DNA of 55,090 nt from an uncultured virus (IMG/VR IMGVR_UViG_3300049489_000201) (IMGVR_UViG_3300049489_000201), one strand, 5' to 3'. Positions 45,047 through 53,170 are shown, counted from the stretch's first letter. Notes: generated from the sequence alone by a model not told the origin. Translations and numbers: made by a program.

Positions 45047-45101
45047 TCAAGTCTCATAAACTTGAAATAAATGCGGTTCGATTCTCGCAGCCCTGCTACC
45101 A
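45022..45101 (+). tRNA. tRNA-Met(CAT), atypical
   Basis: TCAAGT-CTCATAA-ACTTGA; GCAGG/CCTGC; ACCA end. Confidence 0.7.
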
Positions 45102-45163
45102 CTTAACATGAGGAGCAAAATGAACGACGGCTGATCCTTCAACATACGTTGGAGGTGATACAA

Positions 45164-45328
45164 ATGCCAGGACCGAATTCTGCTCCGAATGGAGACGTTG
45201 GTCTGATTCGCGGCCACGCACAAGAACGTTTTGTGTGGTGCGATATCTGCCACAAGATTCTACCGGCACGAGTTGACGGCGCAAAGCACCGCAACTTGCG
45301 AACGGGCAAGACGAAACTTAATAACTAA
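45164..45328 (+). CDS. Small protein, 54 aa with CxxC (absent from ORF track)
   Basis: GGAGGTGA RBS; MPGPNSAPNGDVG...WCDICH. Confidence 0.6.
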   Translation: MPGPNSAPNGDVGLIRGHAQERFVWCDICHKILPARVDGAKHRNLRTGKTKLNN

Positions 45329-45329
45329 A

Positions 45330-46080
45330 TAGCATTAAAACAGGCATGGCTGATATGCATACGTGAGTATGCGAAAGGTGTGTGACAATCACCGCCCATT
45401 GGGTAATCCATGCAATCCGAGACTACAACGAGTTCAGCAACAATGGACCGGGGTGGCGTAAGTTCGGTGGGCAACGGAAAGTTCTGAGCCCTCCCCTCCA
45501 CGCAGGAGGATAGCCGATCAAAACGAGCGCTATTGGTAGGAAGGAAGGAACAGAAGTCCGAGGCGTCAACCAAGGGCGGGTTCCATGAAGCAGCAAAAGT
45601 GGTGTGGCGACATCATAAGTAGCAGCAGAGATTGAGAGTACCTGACAAGGAAATCATATCGAGGTAGTGGAGCATTCTGTGGGACAAAATCTCACGGACC
45701 TTCTAGGGAAGCGCTTCCTCCGTCTTACACGTATTGATTAATGGTAAATCAATTGGCATTTAACCAATGAATACAGGTTCGAATCCTGTTACAAAGCAAA
45801 AGACTTCCCTTGTTCGTGTTCGAAAGCGCCTTAATGCTTGGCCCTCCGGGGAACCAAGCGCGATCCTAGCCGCAAGCGAAGATTGTTCCATCGCCAGTAA
45901 TGCAGTCAAGAGGCTTGCTACCTCTGGGCGAAGTAAAAACGGTGGAGTGGAATGCGAATATAAAGAGTGGTAGGCTATACCGACCAGGCGTGACAGTTAC
46001 CATGGGGACATGGTGGAAACGACGGGAAACAATAATCCGTCAAGAGACTGTCAAGAGCGGGAGTATTCTCATCCCAATCA
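45330..46080 (+). ncRNA. GOLLD-like large non-coding RNA (boundaries approximate)
   Basis: About 750 nt purine-rich with no credible ORF, inside a tRNA array; 3' motifs AAGCAAAAG, CGAAAG..CTTAAT, GTGGA...AATAATCC..CAA and GTATTCTCA resemble GOLLD as recalled. Confidence 0.75.
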
Positions 46081-46087
46081 CCATTTT

Positions 46088-46164
46088 GCATGTGTAGTGT
46101 TTAACGGTCAGCACATCAGTCTTCCAAACTGAGGGTATGGGTTCGAATCCCGTTACATGCTCCA
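46088..46164 (+). tRNA. tRNA-Gly(TCC)
   Basis: TCAGT-CTTCCAA-ACTGA; U73-CCA. Confidence 0.92.
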
Positions 46165-46185
46165 TCTAGTCTTACGGAGGCTTTT

Positions 46186-46554
46186 ATGAAGTCGGACTAC
46201 AATTACAGTGGTATCATCCGGAGGGATTTCAGGCAGTCGCACGACGAGCCAGAAGTCCCTCGTTGGCGTAAAAAAGCCAAGCGCCACGTAGACAAGTCCC
46301 GCTGCAAGCACGAATACAGCGATTGGGCACCGAGAAACTGGAAGTACCCACAGCCGCCCATTCTAAGAACTAAGTCGCGGAGCGACGGTTACAAAACTGA
46401 GTCGCGTACGTACTTTGACTACGAGTACCGTGCTTGCCGACTATGTGGAAAGCACCAGTCTCGCCACCGCCAGGTCACAAAGTTCAAGCATTTCCACTGG
46501 GACAAAATGTTCTTCGAAAACGAATACACTACCGAGTGGAAGACTCGCTGGTAA
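46186..46554 (+). CDS. Basic hypothetical protein
   Basis: GGAGG RBS; C.H...C..CG. Confidence 0.7.
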   Translation: MKSDYNYSGIIRRDFRQSHDEPEVPRWRKKAKRHVDKSRCKHEYSDWAPRNWKYPQPPILRTKSRSDGYKTESRTYFDYEYRACRLCGKHQSRHRQVTKFKHFHWDKMFFENEYTTEWKTRW

Positions 46555-46598
46555 TTCGCTGTAAGTCTGTTTAGTGAATTTGGTGCTATAATGCCCAT

Positions 46599-48734
46599 AT
46601 GCCAACTGTAAATATTTCGCTAGCGGACTCCACAGGAAATGTTGTAACAACTGATATTTCCTACTCAATCAGCGCCCCCGCCTTTCCTGAATTTATTGCG
46701 GGCGAAGTAAAGCCGATAGGCTATTACGATGACCCAGCCACTAGAAACATCGGCCCACGAGTTGCCGACTTCGCATCGCTCACGCCAATTTATGGTGACG
46801 TTATTATTGGTGCGGGTGAGGTAGTAGAGTTCAAGCGTATCTACGGTCGGGTTACTTTCACTGGCAAGGGAACGCTACGCGACTGCATCGTCCATGGCCC
46901 AACGCAGGCACAGATTGCCACGTTCACAGGAAATTATAACGCGGCGATTGTCAACGGCAACTATAACGGCTACGGATCGACAATTGAATGGGTTTTGATC
47001 GACGGCCACGGCTTTGAGAATGTCTGGACTGACGGTATCCGTGGCAACAACTTCACGCTACGATATTCTGAAATCACCCGAGTTTCTGATGGATTCGGTG
47101 GCGCATCTGGCTCTCAGCACGGCCCGACGCTTATTGAGAATAGCCGTATCCACAACGGCTTCTACACCGCCTGGCTTAACCCAGCCACAGGTCTTGGCTA
47201 CCCAGGATTCCCAACCACTCCGTCTGACCGTCGTTGTCATAATGACGGTGTGCAGATTCAAGGCTGGCGCGGATACACAATCCGTGGAAACTATATCGGT
47301 GGTGGCCGCGCCGTTGGAATAACGTCCACAACAAAACAAAACAACAGAGATTATCTAAATCCTGCTCACCAGCCAACTATTGCGGCGGTAGACGCAGCAG
47401 ACGATATGGCTAATGCCGCGCTAATGATTCAAAACAACAGCGGAATGCTGGCATTCACTGGCGCACTTATCGAAAAGAACTGGCTTGCTGGTGGTGATGC
47501 TGTTGTCAATTTCTCAGCATCCTCGACCTACGGCGACGACCTGAGTGCAGTCACATTACGAAACAACCGCTTCATCCGACAGTCGTTGTTCGGATCCAGC
47601 GATGGTCTTGGTATTTACAAGAGCACTAACGCCAAGCCAATACTATCCGGAAATGTATGGGATAACGATAATACACCAGTTGTTATCACACTAAATACTG
47701 AGACGTTCACGCTCGGCGTCCACCGCCCAACGCCAGACAATACCTTTGTTGGCACGGGCTTGACAACTGTAGTTGGCGATATCACTACGACAGCCGCAGG
47801 ACAGATCATCGAGAACAAGGACGTATTCGGCTTCATCAACGTGTTGCACGCAAACGTCATTATCCGAAATTGCCGTGTCCGAGGTCGTGATACTGGACCT
47901 CTATATGTTATCGGTGGCCTTACGCTACCAGGTACACCGTCTGGAACGCCGTCTGGATCTGGCGCATATGCGCGAGCATTTCCTGCAAATGGTCAGCGTT
48001 GCCTTATCAACGGAGACAGCACAGCAGCCGCAGGATTGATTGTAGAGCGCTGTATGCTAAAGCCAGATTATCCTGCATGGTGGCTTATGGGTGTTTATGC
48101 TCGCAACGCTACCGTAACTCGCTGTGATATCAGTAACGTAGGCGACGGCATCGAAGTTCGTGGTGGTGCCTGCACCATCACCGGCAATTACATTCACGAT
48201 CTTATTTTGTTCGACTGTGACTACGACCAGCGCAATTCAAGTCCTGCGTGGTGGTCGCACAACGATGGTGTAATGGTACAAGGTGGATCCGGAACAGTTA
48301 TTCGTGGTAATTTCTTCGACATGAAGATGACCGGAGCACGCACGAGTGTTATGGCAGCGGCTGGATATGCTGATCTACAGTGGGGTGCCGGTGTTACAGT
48401 TGCGGCAACTCAGTCTGCGGTGAATAACTTGACAGTGGATAAAAACTGGTTCAAGGGTGGTGCCGCCTGCTTCCAGGCAAACCAACTAAATACAGCAGCC
48501 GGGTGGACGGGAGCCAGCGACGTGATTGGAACCATCACTGGTAACCGCGTCAGTCACGACCAGCATGAGGTTCCTGTGTCATCGACCTACCAGATCCGTT
48601 ATGCAAACGCGGCGATGATCACCAACAACACGGGCAACGTTTGGGATGGCGATCCATCTGTGGTAGCATGGAACCCAGCCAAGCCTGGTACAGCACTCAC
48701 GGTGGGCTTCACGGGCGGTATCCGCATCCCTTGA
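46599..48734 (+). CDS. Tandem right-handed beta-helix (pectin-lyase-like) protein
   Basis: 711 aa; duplicated HNDGV..QG...IRGN and I..NW..GG motifs; leaderless. Confidence 0.78.
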   Translation: MPTVNISLADSTGNVVTTDISYSISAPAFPEFIAGEVKPIGYYDDPATRNIGPRVADFASLTPIYGDVIIGAGEVVEFKRIYGRVTFTGKGTLRDCIVHGPTQAQIATFTGNYNAAIVNGNYNGYGSTIEWVLIDGHGFENVWTDGIRGNNFTLRYSEITRVSDGFGGASGSQHGPTLIENSRIHNGFYTAWLNPATGLGYPGFPTTPSDRRCHNDGVQIQGWRGYTIRGNYIGGGRAVGITSTTKQNNRDYLNPAHQPTIAAVDAADDMANAALMIQNNSGMLAFTGALIEKNWLAGGDAVVNFSASSTYGDDLSAVTLRNNRFIRQSLFGSSDGLGIYKSTNAKPILSGNVWDNDNTPVVITLNTETFTLGVHRPTPDNTFVGTGLTTVVGDITTTAAGQIIENKDVFGFINVLHANVIIRNCRVRGRDTGPLYVIGGLTLPGTPSGTPSGSGAYARAFPANGQRCLINGDSTAAAGLIVERCMLKPDYPAWWLMGVYARNATVTRCDISNVGDGIEVRGGACTITGNYIHDLILFDCDYDQRNSSPAWWSHNDGVMVQGGSGTVIRGNFFDMKMTGARTSVMAAAGYADLQWGAGVTVAATQSAVNNLTVDKNWFKGGAACFQANQLNTAAGWTGASDVIGTITGNRVSHDQHEVPVSSTYQIRYANAAMITNNTGNVWDGDPSVVAWNPAKPGTALTVGFTGGIRIP

Positions 48735-48759
48735 CAGGGCCACGCGGTTTTGCTATACT
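48731..48759 (+). promoter_or_regulatory. SigA-type promoter
   Basis: TTGACA-N17-TATACT with TG. Confidence 0.8.
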
Positions 48760-48806
48760 TAAACCACTCCGGGCGGAAGCGGTGAAAGCCGTGCCGCACC
48801 GGGCAT

Positions 48807-48878
48807 GTCTCTTTGGCGTAACTGGAAACGCACACGGTTGAAGCCCATGAGTTCACGGTTCGATTCCGTGGGGAGACA
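48807..48878 (+). tRNA. tRNA-Phe(GAA)
   Basis: Loop TTGAAGC; T-arm CACGG-TTCGATT-CCGTG. Confidence 0.85.
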
Positions 48879-48948
48879 CAACAGGGTATACTAGTTAACA
48901 TCCCCTCCGGTTTTAGTCCGGCGTACGTCGCACGATACGCGGCTCCAT

Positions 48949-49020
48949 GGTCCCATAGTATATTGGATAGTATCGGTGGTTCTCAGCCATCAGGACGGGG
49001 TTCAATTCCCCGTGGGACTG
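48949..49020 (+). tRNA. tRNA-Glu(CTC)
   Basis: GGTGG-TTCTCAG-CCATC. Confidence 0.88.
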
Positions 49021-49120
49021 CAAATCTATTCAGCCCAAGGGCGAACTACGTAGAAGTTCAATTGTCTGGGTCGGCTGAAAAGATAGGGGTGTGAAAGGTC
49101 TACGATTTCTATCCCCGGCT

Positions 49121-49194
49121 GCCTCGCTAGTTAAACGGAATAACTGGTGTTTCGTAAGCACCCATTCGCAGTTCGATTCTGCGGTGAGGCTCCA
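49121..49194 (+). tRNA. tRNA-Thr(CGT)
   Basis: GGTGT-TTCGTAA-GCACC; TCCA end. Confidence 0.88.
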
Positions 49195-49213
49195 CAAGTG
49201 GTACAATTACCTT

Positions 49214-49363
49214 ATGGACAAATACAAGTTTAAGGTAGAGTTGCAAGTAGAGGTCGAAGCATTCGATCCGCACGACGCACAAATTGTCATCGGAGATTAT
49301 CTCGGCCCCGGCCCCATGGATGACATAATCCAAATAACAAAAATGACCATCAAGCACAGTTAG
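49214..49363 (+). CDS. Small hypothetical protein
   Basis: Leaderless TGgTACAAT-N6-ATG. Confidence 0.65.
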   Translation: MDKYKFKVELQVEVEAFDPHDAQIVIGDYLGPGPMDDIIQITKMTIKHS

Positions 49364-49373
49364 TGAGGCAGAA

Positions 49374-49790
49374 ATGCGGATTCTTGTAACTGGGAGCCGC
49401 TTTTTCAGCGACTACCCTACATTCACTCGTGGTATCACGGTTGCATTAGAAACTCTGATCGCTAAGTTTCCCGACGACAAAAACATTGTGCTTGTCCACG
49501 GCGGGGCTAAGGGCGCAGACGCTATGTGCGACATATTTGTAAGCCACACATCTACATATCTGCATGGCCGAGGCTACACCATTACCACTGACCCAGTAAA
49601 GGTCACTGAGGACGAATGGAAGCAGTACGGCAAATTCGCAGGACCACAGCGCAACACACGTATGGTGGTTAAGGGTGCAGATATCTGTGTCGCATTCTTT
49701 AAGACCGGCGAACTAAACAAGGGCACAAAAGATTGCTCTAGCAAGGCGCGTCTTGCCGGTATCGAAGTCCTAGAGTTTTGGGGTAAATAA
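49374..49790 (+). CDS. SLOG/DUF2493 (YspA-like) protein
   Basis: ILVTGSR, HGGAKGAD, AGP.RN..M, KGT. Confidence 0.85.
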   Translation: MRILVTGSRFFSDYPTFTRGITVALETLIAKFPDDKNIVLVHGGAKGADAMCDIFVSHTSTYLHGRGYTITTDPVKVTEDEWKQYGKFAGPQRNTRMVVKGADICVAFFKTGELNKGTKDCSSKARLAGIEVLEFWGK

Positions 49791-50581
49791 TGTTCAAATT
49801 CTACGTCGTGGGTGATACCCACGGTGACCTGTCGTTCGCTAGCAAGGTTTGTAAGGCCGCTGAGCGGGATGGCGTTACGACTATTTTCCAGGTCGGTGAC
49901 TTCGGCATTTGGTCGAAGAAAGATGAAGACAACTATTTTCTTGACAAACTAAATGAGAATGCTGGCCTACGCGGCGTACACTGGTACGTTACGCTTGGCA
50001 ACCATGAGAACTATGATATGGTTGAGGAATTCCAGTCGGTTGCCACAGGTAGTTTCATTCCCGTTCGGGAGAACATCACCGTTCTCGGAAACAAGACGGC
50101 TGTATTTGAACTACAGGGCGTCAAGTTCGGCTCTGTTGGTGGCGCGGTTAGCATCGACAGGGAAATGAGGATCGAAGGTAAGTCGTGGTGGCCTCAGGAA
50201 AATACTAAGTATGCTGACGTGCAGCGCTTCATGGACCTTATCGATATCATGGGTCCAGTAGACGTTTTGCTCACGCATGACGCACCAAGCACCATCGAGT
50301 TCGACGGGTTCTACAAGAACGACGTTCTGTCTAATGCCAATCGGGCCATGATGGACGTTGTTGGCGATATCGCACGGGCCAAGTATTGGTTCCACGGACA
50401 TTACCACAGGGCTCTGGCGTACCGCTACAAGGACACGCACGTCGTGGGCCTTGGTGCCAATCCAGAAGCCATGCCCTGGCACATGGATGAGTTCGACCAC
50501 AAGTCCGTTGCTATCGTGCATGTTGACGACGACGGTGACGTGACATATGGTTACACGCACGAGTGGTGTTACAAGTCGTAG
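49790..50581 (+). CDS. Metallophosphoesterase
   Basis: GD.HG, GDFG, GNHE, GGA.SID, THDAP, HGHYH. Confidence 0.9.
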   Translation: MFKFYVVGDTHGDLSFASKVCKAAERDGVTTIFQVGDFGIWSKKDEDNYFLDKLNENAGLRGVHWYVTLGNHENYDMVEEFQSVATGSFIPVRENITVLGNKTAVFELQGVKFGSVGGAVSIDREMRIEGKSWWPQENTKYADVQRFMDLIDIMGPVDVLLTHDAPSTIEFDGFYKNDVLSNANRAMMDVVGDIARAKYWFHGHYHRALAYRYKDTHVVGLGANPEAMPWHMDEFDHKSVAIVHVDDDGDVTYGYTHEWCYKS

Positions 50582-50659
50582 GGAAAGCCTCTTGACCAGG
50601 GGCTTTCCCTACTGCTAGACTATAGGTACAAACCGGACAAACGAGAAAAGAGCATACAA

Positions 50660-50881
50660 ATGAAGTACGTGACCCTTGACTACGACACCGCGCACACGTT
50701 GGTCGAAGCCAACAAGTTCCTGTCGTGGGATGGATATGACATTGTGACACGTCGTAAGTCGCCCAATGGCTTTAGTGACAAGCGGGGGCGCTTCGTGAAC
50801 AACGAGTGGTGGATTGAGTTTAGGTACCCGCTCCGTGCTGACGGATCGTGGAAGGTGCCTGACATCTATGCAAAGAATTGA
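50660..50881 (+). CDS. Hypothetical protein
   Basis: 73 aa after promoter/inverted repeat. Confidence 0.7.
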   Translation: MKYVTLDYDTAHTLVEANKFLSWDGYDIVTRRKSPNGFSDKRGRFVNNEWWIEFRYPLRADGSWKVPDIYAKN

Positions 50882-51173
50882 TGATTTAGACTGGCGGAAC
50901 TTAGCAACGTGCGCTGGCACGTCCGCAGAAACAGACGACGCAGACCCATTTTTCGATGACTACGAGGCAGACCCGTTCGTTGCACAAGCAGTGGATCAGA
51001 TGTGTTTGTCCTGCCCGGTGATCAAGCAGTGTGGTATGACGGGGCGACGTGGTAAAGAATGGGGAGTTTGGGGTGGGATCTATTTGAAGGACGGCAAGAT
51101 AGATAAATCCCGTAACCAACATAAGACAGATGAAGACTGGAAGCGACTAAAGGCAATCCATGACTGGTCCTAG
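50868..51173 (+). CDS. whiB: WhiB-family transcription factor
   Basis: W...A.C...C..CPV...C...GVWGG. Confidence 0.9.
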   Translation: MQRIDDLDWRNLATCAGTSAETDDADPFFDDYEADPFVAQAVDQMCLSCPVIKQCGMTGRRGKEWGVWGGIYLKDGKIDKSRNQHKTDEDWKRLKAIHDWS

Positions 51174-51462
51174 ATACAGCGCGGCGGTTGGAAATAAACT
51201 ACGTGAAATCAAGAAGCCGTTTGATCATGGCTGGACCATGGATATCGTTGAGCATATGCAGCCCAAGCAGGACGAAGAGTGGCAATACTACGTAGAACTA
51301 CGTGTGTATGAAAACGAAATCGCCGCATTCAGCGAAATCCAGCGCCTAGAGATAGGCAACTATCTTATGCTCTGTCAAAATATGATACAATCATATAACA
51401 TAAAGTGTGAATTAGGCGGCGCACCTGGTGACCCGCCACAAAATAAACGGACAAAGGGATAA
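51160..51462 (+). CDS. Hypothetical protein
   Basis: 100 aa ORF in operon. Confidence 0.65.
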   Translation: MTGPRYSAAVGNKLREIKKPFDHGWTMDIVEHMQPKQDEEWQYYVELRVYENEIAAFSEIQRLEIGNYLMLCQNMIQSYNIKCELGGAPGDPPQNKRTKG

Positions 51463-51463
51463 G

Positions 51464-51709
51464 ATGCAGACAGCACTCTGTCAATCATGCAACAAGCAGC
51501 GCGCGGTACTTAAGCAGCGCAAGTCTAGGCTAGATCCAGGGTTCCAACTGTTAGTGTGCCAGACTTGCATTGATGCAAAGCATGAGCCTCGATGGCTGAT
51601 CATTCTGCACGGTAGGAATTATGGACCAAACTCGGTCACGGACTACATCACCAAGCGTAGGTACACCGGTGCAGAAATCACTGCCCGAGAACTTATTAAG
51701 CCTGAATGA
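51464..51709 (+). CDS. Zinc-binding hypothetical protein
   Basis: CxxC...CxxC...EPRW. Confidence 0.7.
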   Translation: MQTALCQSCNKQRAVLKQRKSRLDPGFQLLVCQTCIDAKHEPRWLIILHGRNYGPNSVTDYITKRRYTGAEITARELIKPE

Positions 51710-51932
51710 TGTAGAACTTATAGAATCTGTTGGTAAATTGATTCGGCTACGCCCTTACGTTCGTCCAGCGAACGCAAGGGTTATTGCCATTATGGCTAAG
51801 CGAACACGAAATCGTGCGGTAGTAGACATTGAATCTCACACTGGCAGTTTCACCTACAATTGCTTTGCTGTTGAGATTTGTAACACATTGATATCTGAAT
51901 GCAAGAAATGCCTTGATTTTAAATCACGGTAG
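51621..51932 (+). CDS. Hypothetical protein (true start probably near 51700)
   Basis: Only ORF filling the gap. Confidence 0.4.
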   Translation: MDQTRSRTTSPSVGTPVQKSLPENLLSLNDVELIESVGKLIRLRPYVRPANARVIAIMAKRTRNRAVVDIESHTGSFTYNCFAVEICNTLISECKKCLDFKSR

Positions 51933-51946
51933 GGTATAATCTAACT

Positions 51947-52375
51947 ATGAAGCAACGCCTGGCTACTCTCCGTAACTACTACCTAACACTTGTCACAAAG
52001 TACCGCACAGCAGTGCTTTTTGTAATAGGAGTTTTCTTCTTTTTGAAGGGCTGTGTAGAGTCTGCGCCAGGAGTTCAGTTGCCACAGTCTCGCTATATTG
52101 AGCAGTTCGGCGAGGGCATGGAAATGGTATACGCTGTCGTTGCAATGGCGATGGGCCTCTGGCTGATGATTCAGCACCGCTATATCAAGAATAAGCACTG
52201 GTTCCGCGCCACTCATATCACAGTCTTCGTAGGTTTCTTGTTCCAGGTATGGGTCGTGTTCGTTGCACTTACCTCTGAACCCCCATTCGGCATATTGGCT
52301 TCACTAGCAGTCGTCGTAGGCGCACTGCTGTCTACTATTTATGTCCTGATGGGTGTTGAAAATGGATCTAAATGA
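51947..52375 (+). CDS. Four-TM membrane protein
   Basis: Hydrophobic segments; leaderless. Confidence 0.75.
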   Translation: MKQRLATLRNYYLTLVTKYRTAVLFVIGVFFFLKGCVESAPGVQLPQSRYIEQFGEGMEMVYAVVAMAMGLWLMIQHRYIKNKHWFRATHITVFVGFLFQVWVVFVALTSEPPFGILASLAVVVGALLSTIYVLMGVENGSK

Positions 52376-52697
52376 CAACCAATATACGCTACTAGGAATA
52401 ATCATTGGTGGCATAGGGCTTAAAGTAGTTGAATACTTTGCCAAGAAACGCCAGGGACGTGTTGACCGTATTGCTGAACTAGAAAAGCAGTTGGATGCAC
52501 GGTCTGATGAAACTCGCCAGGAACTACGCGATGATCTAGCAGAACTACGTCAGCGATTTGATACAATCAATGACGATCTAGACGAGTGGAAAGAAAAGTA
52601 TTGGGCTCGGGCGAGAGAACTAAACGACCTGCAACTAGAAAATGCTAAACTGCTTGCAGAACTTGTTCGCAAGTCCAATGGAGGAACAGATGCTTAA
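52362..52697 (+). CDS. Membrane-anchored coiled-coil protein
   Basis: TM helix, then heptads (LDEWKEKYW). Confidence 0.75.
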   Translation: MDLNDNQYTLLGIIIGGIGLKVVEYFAKKRQGRVDRIAELEKQLDARSDETRQELRDDLAELRQRFDTINDDLDEWKEKYWARARELNDLQLENAKLLAELVRKSNGGTDA

Positions 52698-52983
52698 GAT
52701 TACAAACGACTGGGACGAGGTTTCCAGCGACCCGCAGGCCATCGTCGCGTTCACCGCTTCGTGGTGCCAGCCATGCAAACTTTTGAAGCCGCAACTGGTC
52801 AAGACGAGCGGGAAGATCGACAGAACTATCTACATCGTAGACGTTGACGAACTCGACCCCGCCGTGCTAGACTACTACTCGATTCGATCAGTACCGACAG
52901 TCGTGGCCCATGAGCCAGAGCAGTCGTGGTACTACGTGACAGGACGCACAGAGTCCGAGATACTACTACAACTTGGAGAATAA
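52690..52983 (+). CDS. trx: Thioredoxin
   Basis: F.ASWCQPCK, IRSVPT. Confidence 0.9.
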   Translation: MLKITNDWDEVSSDPQAIVAFTASWCQPCKLLKPQLVKTSGKIDRTIYIVDVDELDPAVLDYYSIRSVPTVVAHEPEQSWYYVTGRTESEILLQLGE

Positions 52984-52984
52984 C

Positions 52985-53170
52985 ATGGCTAAGGTAGATG
53001 ACGACGAGGCTCGTCGCCTCATGTCTGCATACAACGCCGCCTGGAAGCGCGTCAGCGTATCGACAGGTAAGACCGCTCAGGGTGCCGAGGCTGCATACGG
53101 CCAGGCTTATCAGGCTCTTGTTCGTGCAGGGCTCGCCCCGCAGATCAAGCAAAAGTACCGCCGCTCGTGA
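52985..53170 (+). CDS. Hypothetical protein
   Basis: GGAG RBS. Confidence 0.7.
   Translation: MAKVDDDEARRLMSAYNAAWKRVSVSTGKTAQGAEAAYGQAYQALVRAGLAPQIKQKYRRS

Noticed and set aside
27870..49120. Known self-cleaving ribozymes (hammerhead, HDV-like/theta, pistol, twister) in the spacers
   Set aside because: Catalytic consensus cores could not be matched by eye; a covariance search is still needed
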